From: Octopus sinensis
Lineage: Eukaryota
Reading direction: 5' to 3'
DNA: 64,000 nt
Assembly (NCBI RefSeq): GCF_006345805.1
Contig: NC_043005.1
Span: 45,942,001-46,006,000, forward strand
The notes under the pieces were generated by a model, which made no database searches, was not told where the DNA came from, and saw nothing but the letters and a program-made list of their open reading frames with translations. The translations under genes and the position numbers were made by a program. Shown one piece after another: positions 49,401-62,360 of this stretch. Within the stretch, counting starts at the first letter, position 1, and each line of letters begins with the position of its first letter.

Positions 49401-49700
49401 TGCTGTCTGACGTTGCTAACAAATTCGAAAATTGAAATAACAGGTTAAAAGTGAACCACGTAACTTATAAACAACTGTGTAGGGCATGTCTTCTCTAAGA
49501 CGCCATTGTGTTGGAATGATGATGGTGTGAAAAGTTTCAACATGAATGACATATTGTTTGCATATACCAATTAAAAAAAAAATATATATATATATATATA
49601 TACACACATGCACGCACTGTACTGTAAATTAATATATTTATAAAGATCTGTGTTACTGCTGTTCACCTGCAAAGGGATTATTTACTTCTCTAAGTTAAAG

Positions 49701-49907
49701 CAGTGATTCTCAACCATTTTAACTATGGACCCCATTGATTCCTAATTTACTCGAGTGGACCTTCAAAGCCATTTGATGTTTAAAAAATCCTATTATATTC
49801 TTATAATTAAATATCATTAGGAATTGTATAAAATAAAATTGTTAAAATATTTTGCACACACAAACTTTAACGACAAAATTTTACATGACACTGGTTGAGA
49901 ACTACCG
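49701..49907. mobile_element. hAT/Charlie-like MITE (207 bp)
   Basis: TIRs cagtgattctcaacc / ggttgagaactaccg; perfect 8-bp TSD agttaaag (49693-49700, 49908-49915). Confidence 0.9.
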
Positions 49908-51153
49908 AGTTAAAGAAACATTAAGGTCTTATGGATGTGTCTTACCTTGATGATTGCCGGCTTCAAACTAATGAAATGCAGTAGAAATGGTGCAGGAGGA
50001 AGTAAAGTTTGGTGAGCAATCGACCGCTACCTTTGTTTACGTGAGTATAGCCAAGTGTTGTATTTAAATTTTCTGCCTGAATGCGTTTTTTTTTTATATG
50101 AAGCAATATTGAGATATGTGTTGTTACTTTGAAAGGTAACAATGAATATCAATATTGTTTGGAGGCAATTTTGCAGGAAATATGTTTACTATTCTTTGTT
50201 TGGAGCATTACAGCATCCGGATCACCACTTGCCCAAACCCTGGCCATATGTTTATAAACAGCAGGCTGATTTGCTAGGACATTTTGAAGGAATGAAGGAA
50301 ATAAGTGCACTTTACAAGCCGTCTAAACCGGTTTCTCGTGAAAGCGGAGCGGTTGGATTTTTGCCATGTTTAATAACATTTAGATGGTTTTAAACTTTTA
50401 TAACTTGTCTAACTCCGTAGTGAAGAAAGAATTCTTTCCATGCAAACTATATTTTGTCTTTTCGTTAACAATGGGCAAGGGAGTAAAAAAAAAATCCCCA
50501 ATAAATGGAGGTGGGACTGGGATTTCCCAGTTTGAGAACCAGTGATGTAAACCGTATATATAAAGTAGAATAGAACACAGGCAGTAACCGATAAGGGAGT
50601 GTATCAGCCATAGTTTCTGTCAGATATGGAAAGTGAAGGAGCATCACTATTAGGAAATAATAAATTGCAGAAATATAGTTCTGTATTATTACAAGTACAA
50701 TACCAGGATCTTATCACTTAACCGGAACTTCTCGTTGACAAACAACAGCAGTAATTGTATTCACCTCAATAGACGTCATTGAATGGTTGAAATTGCCGAA
50801 ATACGAGAAATTTAACAACAAATAGCTTACAAACTACAAAATTTTCTCAAGAACGCCAAGAGAAAAAGATGTCTTATGTGACACATTCTACCAGTAAACG
50901 AAGTTTAAAAGTGTTTAGTTACAAAAAACTATTTTTTAAAATCTGCCGGTCAAAGTGAAAAAATCCCAATACCAGCCAGACGAAATATCTGGTAAGCTTG
51001 GGACCGGAAGTGATCCGAATTTCTGGATCTTCCAGTTTTCTGGCGACAGCCTACATATAAACTTAAGATATAAAATACACCATGAAAAGTAAAGAACTAA
51101 ACTAGATTTAATAGATCCAAATTAATACGCTTCTGAAGCAGGGTCTGTTTGAT

Positions 51154-51562
51154 ACTCTTACTCTTTTACTTGTTTCAGTCATTTGACTGCGGCCATGCTG
51201 GAGCACCACCTTTAATCGAGCAACTCGACCCCGGGACTTATTCTTTGTAAGCCCAGTACTTATTCTATCGGTCTCTTTGCCGAACCGCTAAGTTACGGGG
51301 ACATAAACACACCAGCATCGGCTGTCAAGCGATGTTGGGGGGACAAACACAGATATACAAACTCACACACACATACACACATATATATATACATATATAC
51401 GACGGGCTTCTTTCAGTTTCCAACTACCAAATCCACTCACAAGGCTTTGGTCGGCCCAAGGCTATAGTAGAAGACACTTGCCCAAGGTGCCACGCAGTGG
51501 GACTGAACCCGGAACCATGTGGTTGGTAAACAAGCTACTTACCACACAGCCACTCCTGCGCC
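51154..51562 (-). mobile_element. Near-intact SINE family A (reference copy)
   Basis: Minus strand ggcgcaggagtggctgtgtggtaagtagc..ggttcagtccc (A/B boxes), CORE-like ggcaccttgggcaagtgtcttc, internal microsatellite, (AAAAGAGT) tail. CpGs intact. Confidence 0.9.
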
Positions 51563-53285
51563 TATGTTATTAATCTATTAAAAATTCTTAAAATATATAA
51601 TACTGTAGTATCATGTATAAAGTATAACGTTTACAGGATGAAAAGTGAAGACCATGATTTTATTAAGCAGAATCAGGAACAGATTAATACATTTTGAAAA
51701 CAAAGTATATTTCATTTTTATCAATCAAAAAAGAACAAAACTTAATTTAGCACACCGTATGCAAATTCTGTTCACTCAATACAGGGTAGAGCATATCGCT
51801 GTTTTTTTTTTTCTTTGGTAATAAGAGGTCTTGTACCGTAGTAGGTCTAGATGCCTATCTGGGAAACAGTGAGTTGTCTGAGACACATATAAATGAAAAC
51901 AGCTTTCTGCAGCAACTTTTGCGATACTTGATGCAACGATAAGAAGTAAATGGTTACGTATATTAACCGAAATATTAATTGAATGAAATAAATAAAGGTA
52001 ACTCGACCCAGCATGAGAAGCTTTATGCGGGTCTTTCTAGTAACCAAATTCTCTCAAATCACATCCTATATCTTAAAAGAGAGAGAGAGAGGAAAAAAAT
52101 TGTCATGGCTTGTTTGCTGAATCAAGGATTGCCCGGGGCTAACAAGAGCAACGAACCTTCGAGAGAGGAAGTTGTAATTGGGCACTCCACCTGTTAGAAA
52201 CATCAGCCAGATCTCTCTCAGAATATAATGTACCATCTTTCAAAAAGAAAGACACTCTGAATAAAGTAGCCTAAGGTTGAAACGATGGTAAACATAATTG
52301 AATACCAAAGATTTATGGATTTCCCAATCAAGATTATTGGACTAGACAACAACAGCAACCACAACAATGGTATATGAAAGGCAGTGGGAAATAGCAGTCC
52401 ATTGATGGGTGTATCCCCACTTTATGCTCGAAGTGTTCTATCATATCACTGACTCGTTAGCGCGGCCGCGATAACTTGACGCTTCTCGGGTTCTGAGTCA
52501 GTCTTAATCAATACAGTTACGTCAGTGGAATGAAGCAACGTGAAGTACAGTGCGCCCAGGAATCCAACCACCGACCTAATGATCGAGCACCAAGTTGCCT
52601 AGCCACTAGACTACAGGTCTTCCCCGGGTTCAGTCAGAATGCGTGGCACCTCGGACAAGTGCATTCTTCTATAGCATCGGGCCGAGCAAAGAAAGCCTTG
52701 CGAGTGATTTTGATAGACGAAAACTAAAAGAAGCCCGTCGCATGTACGTATGTATGCCTTTGTGCTTGTTCCCCATCCACCGACTGATAACTGGAGTTGT
52801 TTGTTTACATCCCCGTAACTAAGCAGTTTGGCACAAGAGACCGATAGAATAATTGCCCGGCTTTAAAAAATACTGAGGTAGATTCGTTCGGCTAAACTCC
52901 TTCAAGGCGGTGCTCCAGCACGGCCGCAGTTCAACGATTGAAACGAATAGAAAGTAAAGGAAAACGCCAAGAATGTGTTGATACCATGATACCAAAGAGA
53001 AAATGCTTTATATGTCCAAATATGGTCAAAATACAAAGATGATGGCTTTAAGTCATATCTTACCGTTTGGAATCTCGGACTTACTCTAATTATAATTAGC
53101 GTAAATCTCTGTTTCAATTTATTATTCATATTGTTCATGAAACTAATACATGAAATGTTTATGAAACGAATACATTTCTGTATGGCATAATTATCCAGAA
53201 TTGTGCACTCTTGTCTATTCAAGAGAATGACATAGGCGCATTGAGATGTACTTTAATTTACATCGAGGAGAATTCGTTAAGGTGT

Positions 53286-53667
53286 GGAAGCACTCCGTCG
53301 GTTACGACGACGAGGGTTCCGGTTGATCCGATCAACGGAACAGCCTGCTCGTGAAATTAACGTGTAAGTGGCTGAGCACTCCACAGACACGTGTACCCTT
53401 AACGCAGTTCTCGGGGATATTCAGCGTGACACAGAGAGTGACAAGGCCGGCCCTTTGAAATACAGGTACAACAGAAACAGGAATTAAGAGTGAGAGAAAG
53501 TTGTGGTGAAAGAGTACAGCAGGGATCACCACCATCCCTGCCGGAGCCTTGTGGAGCTTTAGGTGTTTTCGCTCAATAAACACTCACAACGCCCGGTCTG
53601 GGAATCGAAACCGCGATCCTACGACCGCGAGTCCGCTGCCCTAACCACTGGGCCATTGCGCCTCCAC
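53286..53667 (-). mobile_element. Young intact SINE with family C head and family E tail
   Basis: 12-bp TSD tcgttaaggtgt at 53274-85 and 53668-79. Confidence 0.9.
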
Positions 53668-54029
53668 TCGTTAAGGTGTAAATGGCACCTAAAAATATTT
53701 TTTCTGGTTATATACTTTGTCAATATATGATGGCAAGTTCCCTGCATATTTTTTTTTTTTGTTTTTAGAAATAATGGCATTATAGTTTATTGCTATTAGA
53801 CATAAATTTAGAACTTTTTAAGAATTCATAAACTTCTGTAGACCATGAAATAATTAATGTTGTATCTGGAAGCAGATAAGGTATAAGTGATAGCGTGTAA
53901 ATATTACGTTAAAAAACCCCAGAAAAACCCCTCAGATAGAAAGAGTCAAAAGCTGCCCGTATGACTCGAATCCACATCACATGTAAGCATGACAAGCTTT
54001 CAATCATTAGATGTGGATTCGAAGGCAAG

Positions 54030-54520
54030 ACTTCCTTTTGTACCCCCCTCACTACCACCACAAACACCCCCTTTTTAATTAAATTTTTTTTTTTCTACAT
54101 AAACCCCCGTTTTCGGCTACGGAGAATACGAATCAGCCAAAAATATTGGCAAAAAATGGCATTTTTGAAATTAACACTCCCCCACCCCCACCCCCACCCA
54201 AATTTCTTCTTTTTTTTTTTTTTGTATCAAAATATGCGGTAAAATACGGAGATTATGATTCTGAAAAAATTTTTTTTTTATTTTTGTACTTAGGGTTTGA
54301 GTTTTAGGGTTAGCGTTACGATTAGGTTTAGGGTGTTTAGGGTTAGGGAAAAAGTGAAAAATGAAGAAATTGGGGAAGGGTGAAGGAGGAAAGGGGGGTG
54401 CAGAAATTTCAAAATGCCGATTTTTGGCAATTTTCCAGAATCTCCGTATCCGAAAACGGGGGTTTCTGGAAAAGAAAAATAAATAAATAAAATTGGGAGA
54501 AAATGAGGGTGGAGAGGAAG
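54030..54520. mobile_element. Foldback element with degenerate TTAGGG repeats in its centre
   Basis: aaacccccgttttcggctacggaga (54101) vs tctccgtatccgaaaacgggggttt (54441-65); ttaggg-like tract 54290-54348. Confidence 0.75.
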
Positions 54521-55566
54521 TCATTCCGATTCGAATCTCACGAGCAGCCTTTTCTACCAAAACGGGTTTCTTAACCCAATATTTATTTACACGCTACATG
54601 GCATCGAGCTGACAGAATCATTAGCACGTCACGCAAAATGCTTAGCGGCCATTTCGTTCCGAGTTCAAATTCCGCCGAGGTCAACTTTGCCTTTCATCCT
54701 TTCGGGGTCGACAAAACAAGTACCAGTTGAGCACTGGTGGGGGTCCACGTAATAGACTTACCTGCTATCCTGAAATTGCTTGCCTTGTGCCCAAAATTAA
54801 AACCAATATTTACACGCTATTATTTATAGCTGTAAATTATGAATTTAGAATTTTGAAGCAGCGGATACTCAACATAACGTCCAACAAATATGCATAGCAG
54901 ACGTCGATGTTATACCCCCAACTCTACACGCTAATGTTCTATATTTAGCGAATAGCGTTTAATATTTATGTCTGTGAACGAATCCACGCCATAATTAGTG
55001 AATCTGCAGCAGAAGGTTCAGTTATTTTCACCTTTATTTTCAATCTCACTCGCTGAGGAAGAGGAACTGGGTTCGATATTTGTTTTGCATCACACAAATT
55101 AAAGTCCTTTTAAAGTCATATCTTCAAAAATTTATTGCATTTAGTCTAAGGTGTACTATATTTATAACTGGCTTTAATTTTTGTCGAGATTCTTTTTTCT
55201 CTATTTACATATGCCCCAGTTTTGTGCGCTATATATATTACATTAATATATATATATATATATTGTTGACGTCATAAGAATTTATGAACTTCGAGAGAGA
55301 TAGGGTGAAATAATACCTTTTTGTTTTGAAACACGTAACTCGAAGCAGGTAAAGCTATAAATAGTAGCGTGTAAAACATATTGAGTTAAAAACTCCTTTC
55401 GATAGAATAAATCGAAGGCTACCCATGCAACACGAACTCAGACCTTGTGTATCGAGATGTACCCTAAATTTATATCTTCAGAGTTTTCTCTGTCTGTCGG
55501 TTTGTTTATGTACCTATCACATACGTACGTGCATACACACTTGCATGCATGCAGACATACATACAC

Positions 55567-55620
<54 letters not shown>

Positions 55621-56530
55621 TATATATATTATCTCAAATACATAAACATGAAAGGAAGTTGGTGTACAGAGAGGAAACAACGAGAAATGGAGACAGATCG
55701 AAGGGGCGAGCGAAAGTGAGAGTTTGCAGAATGGCTAAGAGCAGGTGGTTCCGTGCACTTTGCTGCTTATTACTAAACACGATTACAACTGAAATTTGCT
55801 AAGCAATATTTACAATGATATGTCTGTGTAGAAAGACCGACGAGTGACATGTCGTGGGACAATGCTAGAAACTGTTATTTAACGTACATGAAAGTCGATC
55901 ATTTACTAACTACTGTGATTTTTACCAAGAGTTCAACCATCTCTGGGTAGAGGTACTATAAGGGTGATAAAATCGATGACTAAAAGTGGATATAAAAAGC
56001 CGAAGTTGTGAGCGTCTAACCAAATAGAATCAATATTTCTGTTACTATTGAAGTGAGAACTGTTGCAGTAGAAGGCACATAAACTTCTTAGGTTTCAAGA
56101 AGCTGGTCTAGTTTCGTTTCGTTTCCTAGTTGACACAGATTAATTTCACATATATTGCCAGGATATTGGATGTCATAATGTCCTATTTTCCCTTATTATG
56201 AGATGTAACATTTCAACCAGATAATAATAATAATAACAATAAATAAAAGATCTCTATGCGGTCTCTCGATCTGCTAGAAATGGCAGCCAAATCCCCAGGG
56301 GTGAGCGCAATGCTTGGCAAAATAAGGCGAAGTGAGCAGAAACGAAGGTTACAGCTGCAATACTTTTGAAGTTTTGATGATACGTCTGCTCAAGGAGTGC
56401 TGGCATAACAACAACAGCAGCAGCAACAACAATGGCAATAATGTCAAACAGTCGAGAAGCAGAGGTTCGCATCCTGTCGCCAGAGTCCAAGTTACTTAAC
56501 CGTTACCGGCTGACTCCACTTGTCTCTAAG

Positions 56531-56600
56531 ACAGAAGATGGATTGTAAAATTGACGAGAATTCAGTTAGTAGGGTTGTAACTATGAGTTCATATACCCTG
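56531..56600 (+). other. Candidate start-codon exon (MDCKIDENSVSRVVTMSSYTL)
   Basis: ctgac branch-like site plus tccacttgtctctaag|ACAGAAG ATG G...CTG|gtaagg. No homology recognised. Confidence 0.2.
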
Positions 56601-57991
56601 GTAAGGGAATTATTCGCCAGCAAGTGGGTATTTATGATCAACTGAATAGAAAACAACTCAGGATAACCACGGAGATAACCACCCGGCGAGCGACCCAGTA
56701 AACTACGGATATCTGTATCGTGAGAGTCATGGGTGGAAAACGTTTTTTTCTGCACGCGTACACACACACACACACACACTGAATTATTTAGGGGCAAATA
56801 TATTTGACATGTAGTGACCGAGGAGGTGAAGAAATTGAGATCTAATGTTTTTACTTTGCCCTGAAGTATTAATGGAAGTAAGAGAACTAAATGCAAATAA
56901 GAATTGAACGCGTGAGACAAACTTGGTTTGCAGAGAATGTGCAAAGCTGTTCGTCTTACATTTTACAACGTCTTAGAGGGAAAGGATGCTATGTAATATA
57001 TATGTAGTCGGTCATAACTCTAAAGGGCGGGGTCATGATGGTTGGTATACTGTTGATCATAGATTTTTTAAATCAGAGTTGACCTGAAGCTAATTAACAA
57101 CAGCTGAACTCTATAGGTGCATACTGAGAGGGAGAGAGAGAGAGAGAGAGAGAGAGTGAGATAGAGACAGACAGAATACTGAGTTCATACAGAAATCGAA
57201 TTCATACACTGAGGTTAATGACCAAGTGGATTGCAAGTCAATAACGGAACCTTTGCAAAGTCGCTCGTTCTGCTAGAAATTGCAGTCAAATCTCCCTCAT
57301 ACCGCAAACACCCTACATACAGTCTTTGAAAATGACATGCTGAACAGTGTTTTCTTGGATTCCTTTCACAAAGGAAAAGTACAGAATGGTAATGGTCACA
57401 GCTGGAATGATTCTATGTATCACAGGTGTCTGCTCACCCATAGCTAAATAACAACAACACCATGTAGATTATCATCATGCTTTGCCTCTCTCTCTCTCTC
57501 TCTCTCTCTCTTTCACTCTCGGCCTTATATGAATGTCTTTGATCATCGGCGCCCCAAATCGGAGTTGAACTCAGGTTAAGCAACAACCAAAATACATACA
57601 AGCATACATACAAGAAAAGAGAGCGCGACGGTCAGAAAGAAAAAGATCGCGGAAGAGAGAGAAACGCAAACCTTGTAAGTTCATACAGGTGTTTAAAAAT
57701 CTTTTAAAAAAAAAAAAAAACCCCACATCAACGGAACATGCTACTATTCAGAATTCAGCCAAAAGGTAGCACTAAGCAAACCTGATGAAATTTTGTTTTT
57801 TCTGTACAACAACAGCCTCTCCAGATATGTGATGAATTTGTTTATTAAAAATAAATATTTCAATACTGTAATCTCATATGCAGCGTAATTCGTTTAGCAT
57901 ATCGCATAAATATTTGTTTCTAATTACTTCAGCGAATTAATGGAAAATAATCTCAACTATAAGTTATAATTAAAATAATATAATTTTTTTA

Positions 57992-58187
57992 ATGTATGTA
58001 TGTATGTATGTATGTATGTATGTATGTATGTATGTATGATGTATGTATGTATGTATGTATGTATGTATGTATGTATGTATGTACTTAAATAGCGATTAGA
58101 TGGAGTTTAAATTGGTCTCTTGCTCTATACATACATACATACATACATACATACATACATACATACATACATACATACATACATACA
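57992..58187. repeat. Head-to-head (ATGT)n / (ATAC)n microsatellites with a ~43-bp spacer
   Basis: Direct inspection: 57992-58083 and 58126-58187. Confidence 0.95.
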
Positions 58188-58622
58188 AGCATGCATATGT
58201 CCGTTGTATGCGTGTATTTATGTATGTGTGTCTGTATGTCTTTCAGTCTGTGCGTATATATATATACACACACAACCGAAATATTGCATACACGCACAAT
58301 CAACACAAGCACACGTGTATGTGTGTATAAGTTTCACTAATAAATTAATATATGATGTGCGTGTGTGTGCTTGTGTATGTGTGTTCGCGCGCGCCTATAG
58401 GTCGAACAATGAAGTCATGTCTGAGTCGAAATTAAAACGTACACGATATACATTTAAACAGAAGATTTTTGTCTTGCTCATGAAAATTCGGCCATGGTTA
58501 ATGCTTTCCCGTTCATATTGTTAGAAATATTATACAATATGAAATATGCATATGGCTAGAAAGTATATGTTTGTATCTGTATGTGTGCACGCATGTACAT
58601 ATGAATCACCATAAGTGTTTGC

Positions 58623-58659
<37 letters not shown>

Positions 58660-58834
58660 TTATTCATTTTTATGCTTGTATTCACAGATACATATGCGCA
58701 CACACGATGAATCATCATGTATTTCTATACATAAATACACACTGCGTGTTTGTATTAAAAATTCGGTTGCATATACAACAGGAAAACGTATTTTTTTTCT
58801 CTCCCCATAGAATATAAATGTGCGTGTGCTTACA

Positions 58835-58869
<35 letters not shown>

Positions 58870-59378
58870 TCAAACACACACACATTGTGGATGGGGTACG
58901 TGTGAGTCTATGTATGTATTTATGTCTGTGTGTGTGTGTGTGTGTATGTGTGTGTGTGTGTGTTGCCGTGTAATGTGTGTGCCTGTGTGTGTGTGTTGAT
59001 TTGATATAATATGTTCTAAGTGTATATATATAAACAAAAGCGAGCGTGATGAGCGACTATCAACATACCTTAGCAGAAGTCGGCTGCTAGACTTTTCAGT
59101 ATATAAACACAGGCAAACATGTTTTATGTATGACTTGAAACATTTTAAGCAGGTATTACATATTGACGGACGATCAAGAAGCTTTTGTTCCCTTTACAAT
59201 GAAAACATTAAAGCTTGTAATATAAATATACAAAACCATTAATGTTTCTGTTGTATTATCTCATTTCATGCGATCTACATATGTATAATTTACAATTTTC
59301 TTTTCAACTGCTGTTTCTTCCACTCTACTTTTCTGCTAATACACTTTCAAATATATAGTTCACTACTAGCATTATTGC

Positions 59379-59418
<40 letters not shown>

Positions 59419-59725
59419 TGTCAATCTTACAATTTCTATCTTATAGTAAAAAAAAAGAAAAGAAAGAAAATAACATACGTGTCGGACAAAATAAACCAAA
59501 TAAACAATATTATATACAGTCATAGAAAAATAACTTGACAAGAAAAAGATGATAGAAAGAGCGAAAATAATAAAATCTTCAAGTAAGAAGAAAAAAGAAA
59601 AGATTATTGAACTCAATTTAGTAAAAAATAGTCATTTAAAACTAGCAAGCTCCAAAAGCAATAAGGATCAAAAACACGCACAGACGAATTCTAGAAGAAG
59701 AAAGGAAATACATGAATACACTTAC

Positions 59726-59756
59726 CTTTATTTGGTGCACATTATCCTTAGGTGAG
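59726..59756 (-). other. Candidate exon (31 nt, possibly extending to ~59890)
   Basis: Minus strand gtcctcttttag|CTCACC...ATAAAG|gtaagt; open frame SPKDNVHQIK. Confidence 0.25.
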
Positions 59757-62239
59757 CTAAAAGAGGACGTTTTGATGATTGAATAAGAGTTAATAGGATA
59801 GAAACCACAGTACTGAGTTTGCGACAGATGGCAGGAAGGATCCATTCTTGTGACAGATGTGTTGCTGATTTTTAAGCAGTGCACGACTGTTTATAAATAT
59901 AAATAAATCTGGCGTATTCTATCTCCTTACATTTTGCCCTCGCGTTCTCCACAGCTTCATATGCACGAGAGAATAAATTTTACTTAGACTATATAAAGTG
60001 AGACGTTATTCATATGCGATCTTTAAGCATCTTCACCTATATTGTTGTTGTCCATCCGTCTATCTCTCCATCAATTTGTCTATTATTACATGAGTATTTG
60101 TGCGGATGCGCAAACGCGTACCAGTTCACATATGCACGTTTGTTTACATGCTGTTAAAATCGAACAAATTAAAAATTTAAATAAAAGGTCCTAGAAGTAT
60201 ATAGAGCTGCAGGTTGCTGTTTAATTAATATTCCATTCCTTTAGACTAATCTTCGGGACAACGGTGTTGCGATGGTAGCTGTGGACGCTTCTGCCATAAA
60301 GTTAGGTGCAGGAGGATGGAGGAGGGGGTCGTTATTATAAGCAAGAGAGCAACAGTGGTGGTGATAATAAACGAGGTAGTGTCGATGAAAGAAGCAGCGT
60401 TAGTGGCCTGTAAGGTAAGGGGGAATAAAGGAGTGATGAAATGTTGTTGTAAGATGGAGAATGAAAGAAAGATTAATGAAGAAATGAATGGGTTGGCGGA
60501 CGAATAGACGTGAGTACAAGTGGAAGTAGCGAAGAGAGGGAAAGGTTGAGATAGAGGAAAAACGGTGAAGGGAGTATAAGAGAGTATGTAGCAGGATGAG
60601 GGAAACGTGTCTGAATGTATACAGGAAGGTTTGTTCCACTCTTTCAAGTTACCAGAATAAAAACAAGCTGTTCTAGTAAAATAAATATAGCTTCACTATG
60701 ACAAAACACACATATGGATTGGCGTGTGCGCTAACACACACACATGTAAACAAACACAGATTAGTTTCATATAATGGAATGATGTAGATGAGGGAGTCTT
60801 TCATAGAAACTGAATCGGTATGGTTCGTGATAAATCAAATCATAACAAATTGAATATGGATAATTTTATATATATATGTGTACGATTACAATTATCAAAT
60901 CAACAGAAAAATAAAAATTCCTAGATTTGACAGCAATGGTTCACAGGAGGTGCCTGATGAAGACCTATGAACTATCTAAAAGTAAATATGTATGGAAGTA
61001 AGAAAACGTTTTAAGCTGGTGTCTATAAAGTAGTTTTCCCTCGCTTTTAATATAATCTGTATTATTACAAATACAGTAAGTATCTCCCGTTCCTTACACA
61101 TGAACACATATACTCATACACCTGTTCCTACGTATACGTGCAAATAAATATTACACTGAGTGGAGAGGATTTTGCTCCAACTAAATGCAAATTTGGATTT
61201 CAAAAAAATAGAGCTAATATGATTAAATCAAGATACATTTAGCTAATGATGTCTGTATATATATATATTGTGACTGCAAAAAGACAATATAGTAGCAATT
61301 AATTTGAAATTATAATTTTTTTTCAAATTTCAATTAGCTTAGATTACTTTAGCACTGAACTGCAAAAACGGCGAATAAAACGGACCAAAATTGCCTTACA
61401 ACAGTTAGTTATGTCCCTTTACATTTTGAGATCAAATCCTGCCAGGGTTGAATTCGATGATATCCCTCCGGGTTCGGCAATACACTGCAAAGTACTGTTA
61501 GCGTTTTAACTGAAAATATATACATCCTTCCAAAAATGTGTAGTCTGTGCTAAGTTCATAAATTCGATTTCTTTTTTTTTTTAACGAAAAAATCGGTTAT
61601 TTTTAATTGAATTTCAAAATGTAATAAAGTTTCAAGTAATTGAGTAGATACAGCATTGTGCAAAATTAACTTTAGAAATACATTAGATAACGAAATAATT
61701 AATTCTTTGCGTGGATATGTTTAAGAACATCTGCAGGTAGTTAAAAACTCATGTGAATAGGACGAAAGTTATCAGCAAAATTTTAAATTTTATAAGCCGC
61801 AAACCTAATAATAGAGAATTTATATATTTTTCCTTTGATTCCAAAATTTCCCTTTAACAACCATCTTCGGACATACAAGACAATGAATGGGCCTCTCTGT
61901 AAAATCTGTGGCAGCGGTCATGCAACAGGTGACGTTTCAATCGCACATTGTTTTTCCACTCGTTTTATCATCCAATGACAAAACAAAGTTTTGGCAGCCA
62001 TTTTGACTATATAAAGCGTAACTCAAAAAATTTTTTTCCTTATTAAGAGTGGTGAGGTGGCAGAAATGTTAGTATTGTAAAAACAAAAATGCCTCTCGGT
62101 ATTTCTTCTGGCCTTTACGTTCTGAGTTCCCGGTCCTATCAAGATCGATAAAATCAAGTACCAGTCAAGCACTAAAGGTTGATGAAATCGACTAACCCAC
62201 ACCTTCTAAAATAACTGACACTAAACCAAACATTTGAAA

Positions 62240-62247
62240 CCACCACC

Positions 62248-62294
<47 letters not shown>

Positions 62295-62299
62295 TATTA

Positions 62300-62356
<57 letters not shown>
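62240..62356. repeat. Compound microsatellite (CAC)n-(CAT)n-(TAT)n
   Basis: Direct inspection; it abuts a SINE B. Confidence 0.95.

Positions 62357-62360
<4 letters not shown>

Noticed and set aside
50142-50393. 83-aa ORF as a host exon
   Set aside because: No convincing splice sites or recognisable motif. It lies near a hAT-type terminus (ttgagaaccagtg, ~50531), so it is more likely transposon-derived.
54290-54348. True telomere or chromosome fusion site
   Set aside because: The tract is short, degenerate, single-orientation and embedded in an inverted-repeat element.
56492-56944. Longest ORF (150 aa, minus strand)
   Set aside because: It runs through a (TG)n microsatellite, has no recognisable domain and starts at a non-ATG codon.
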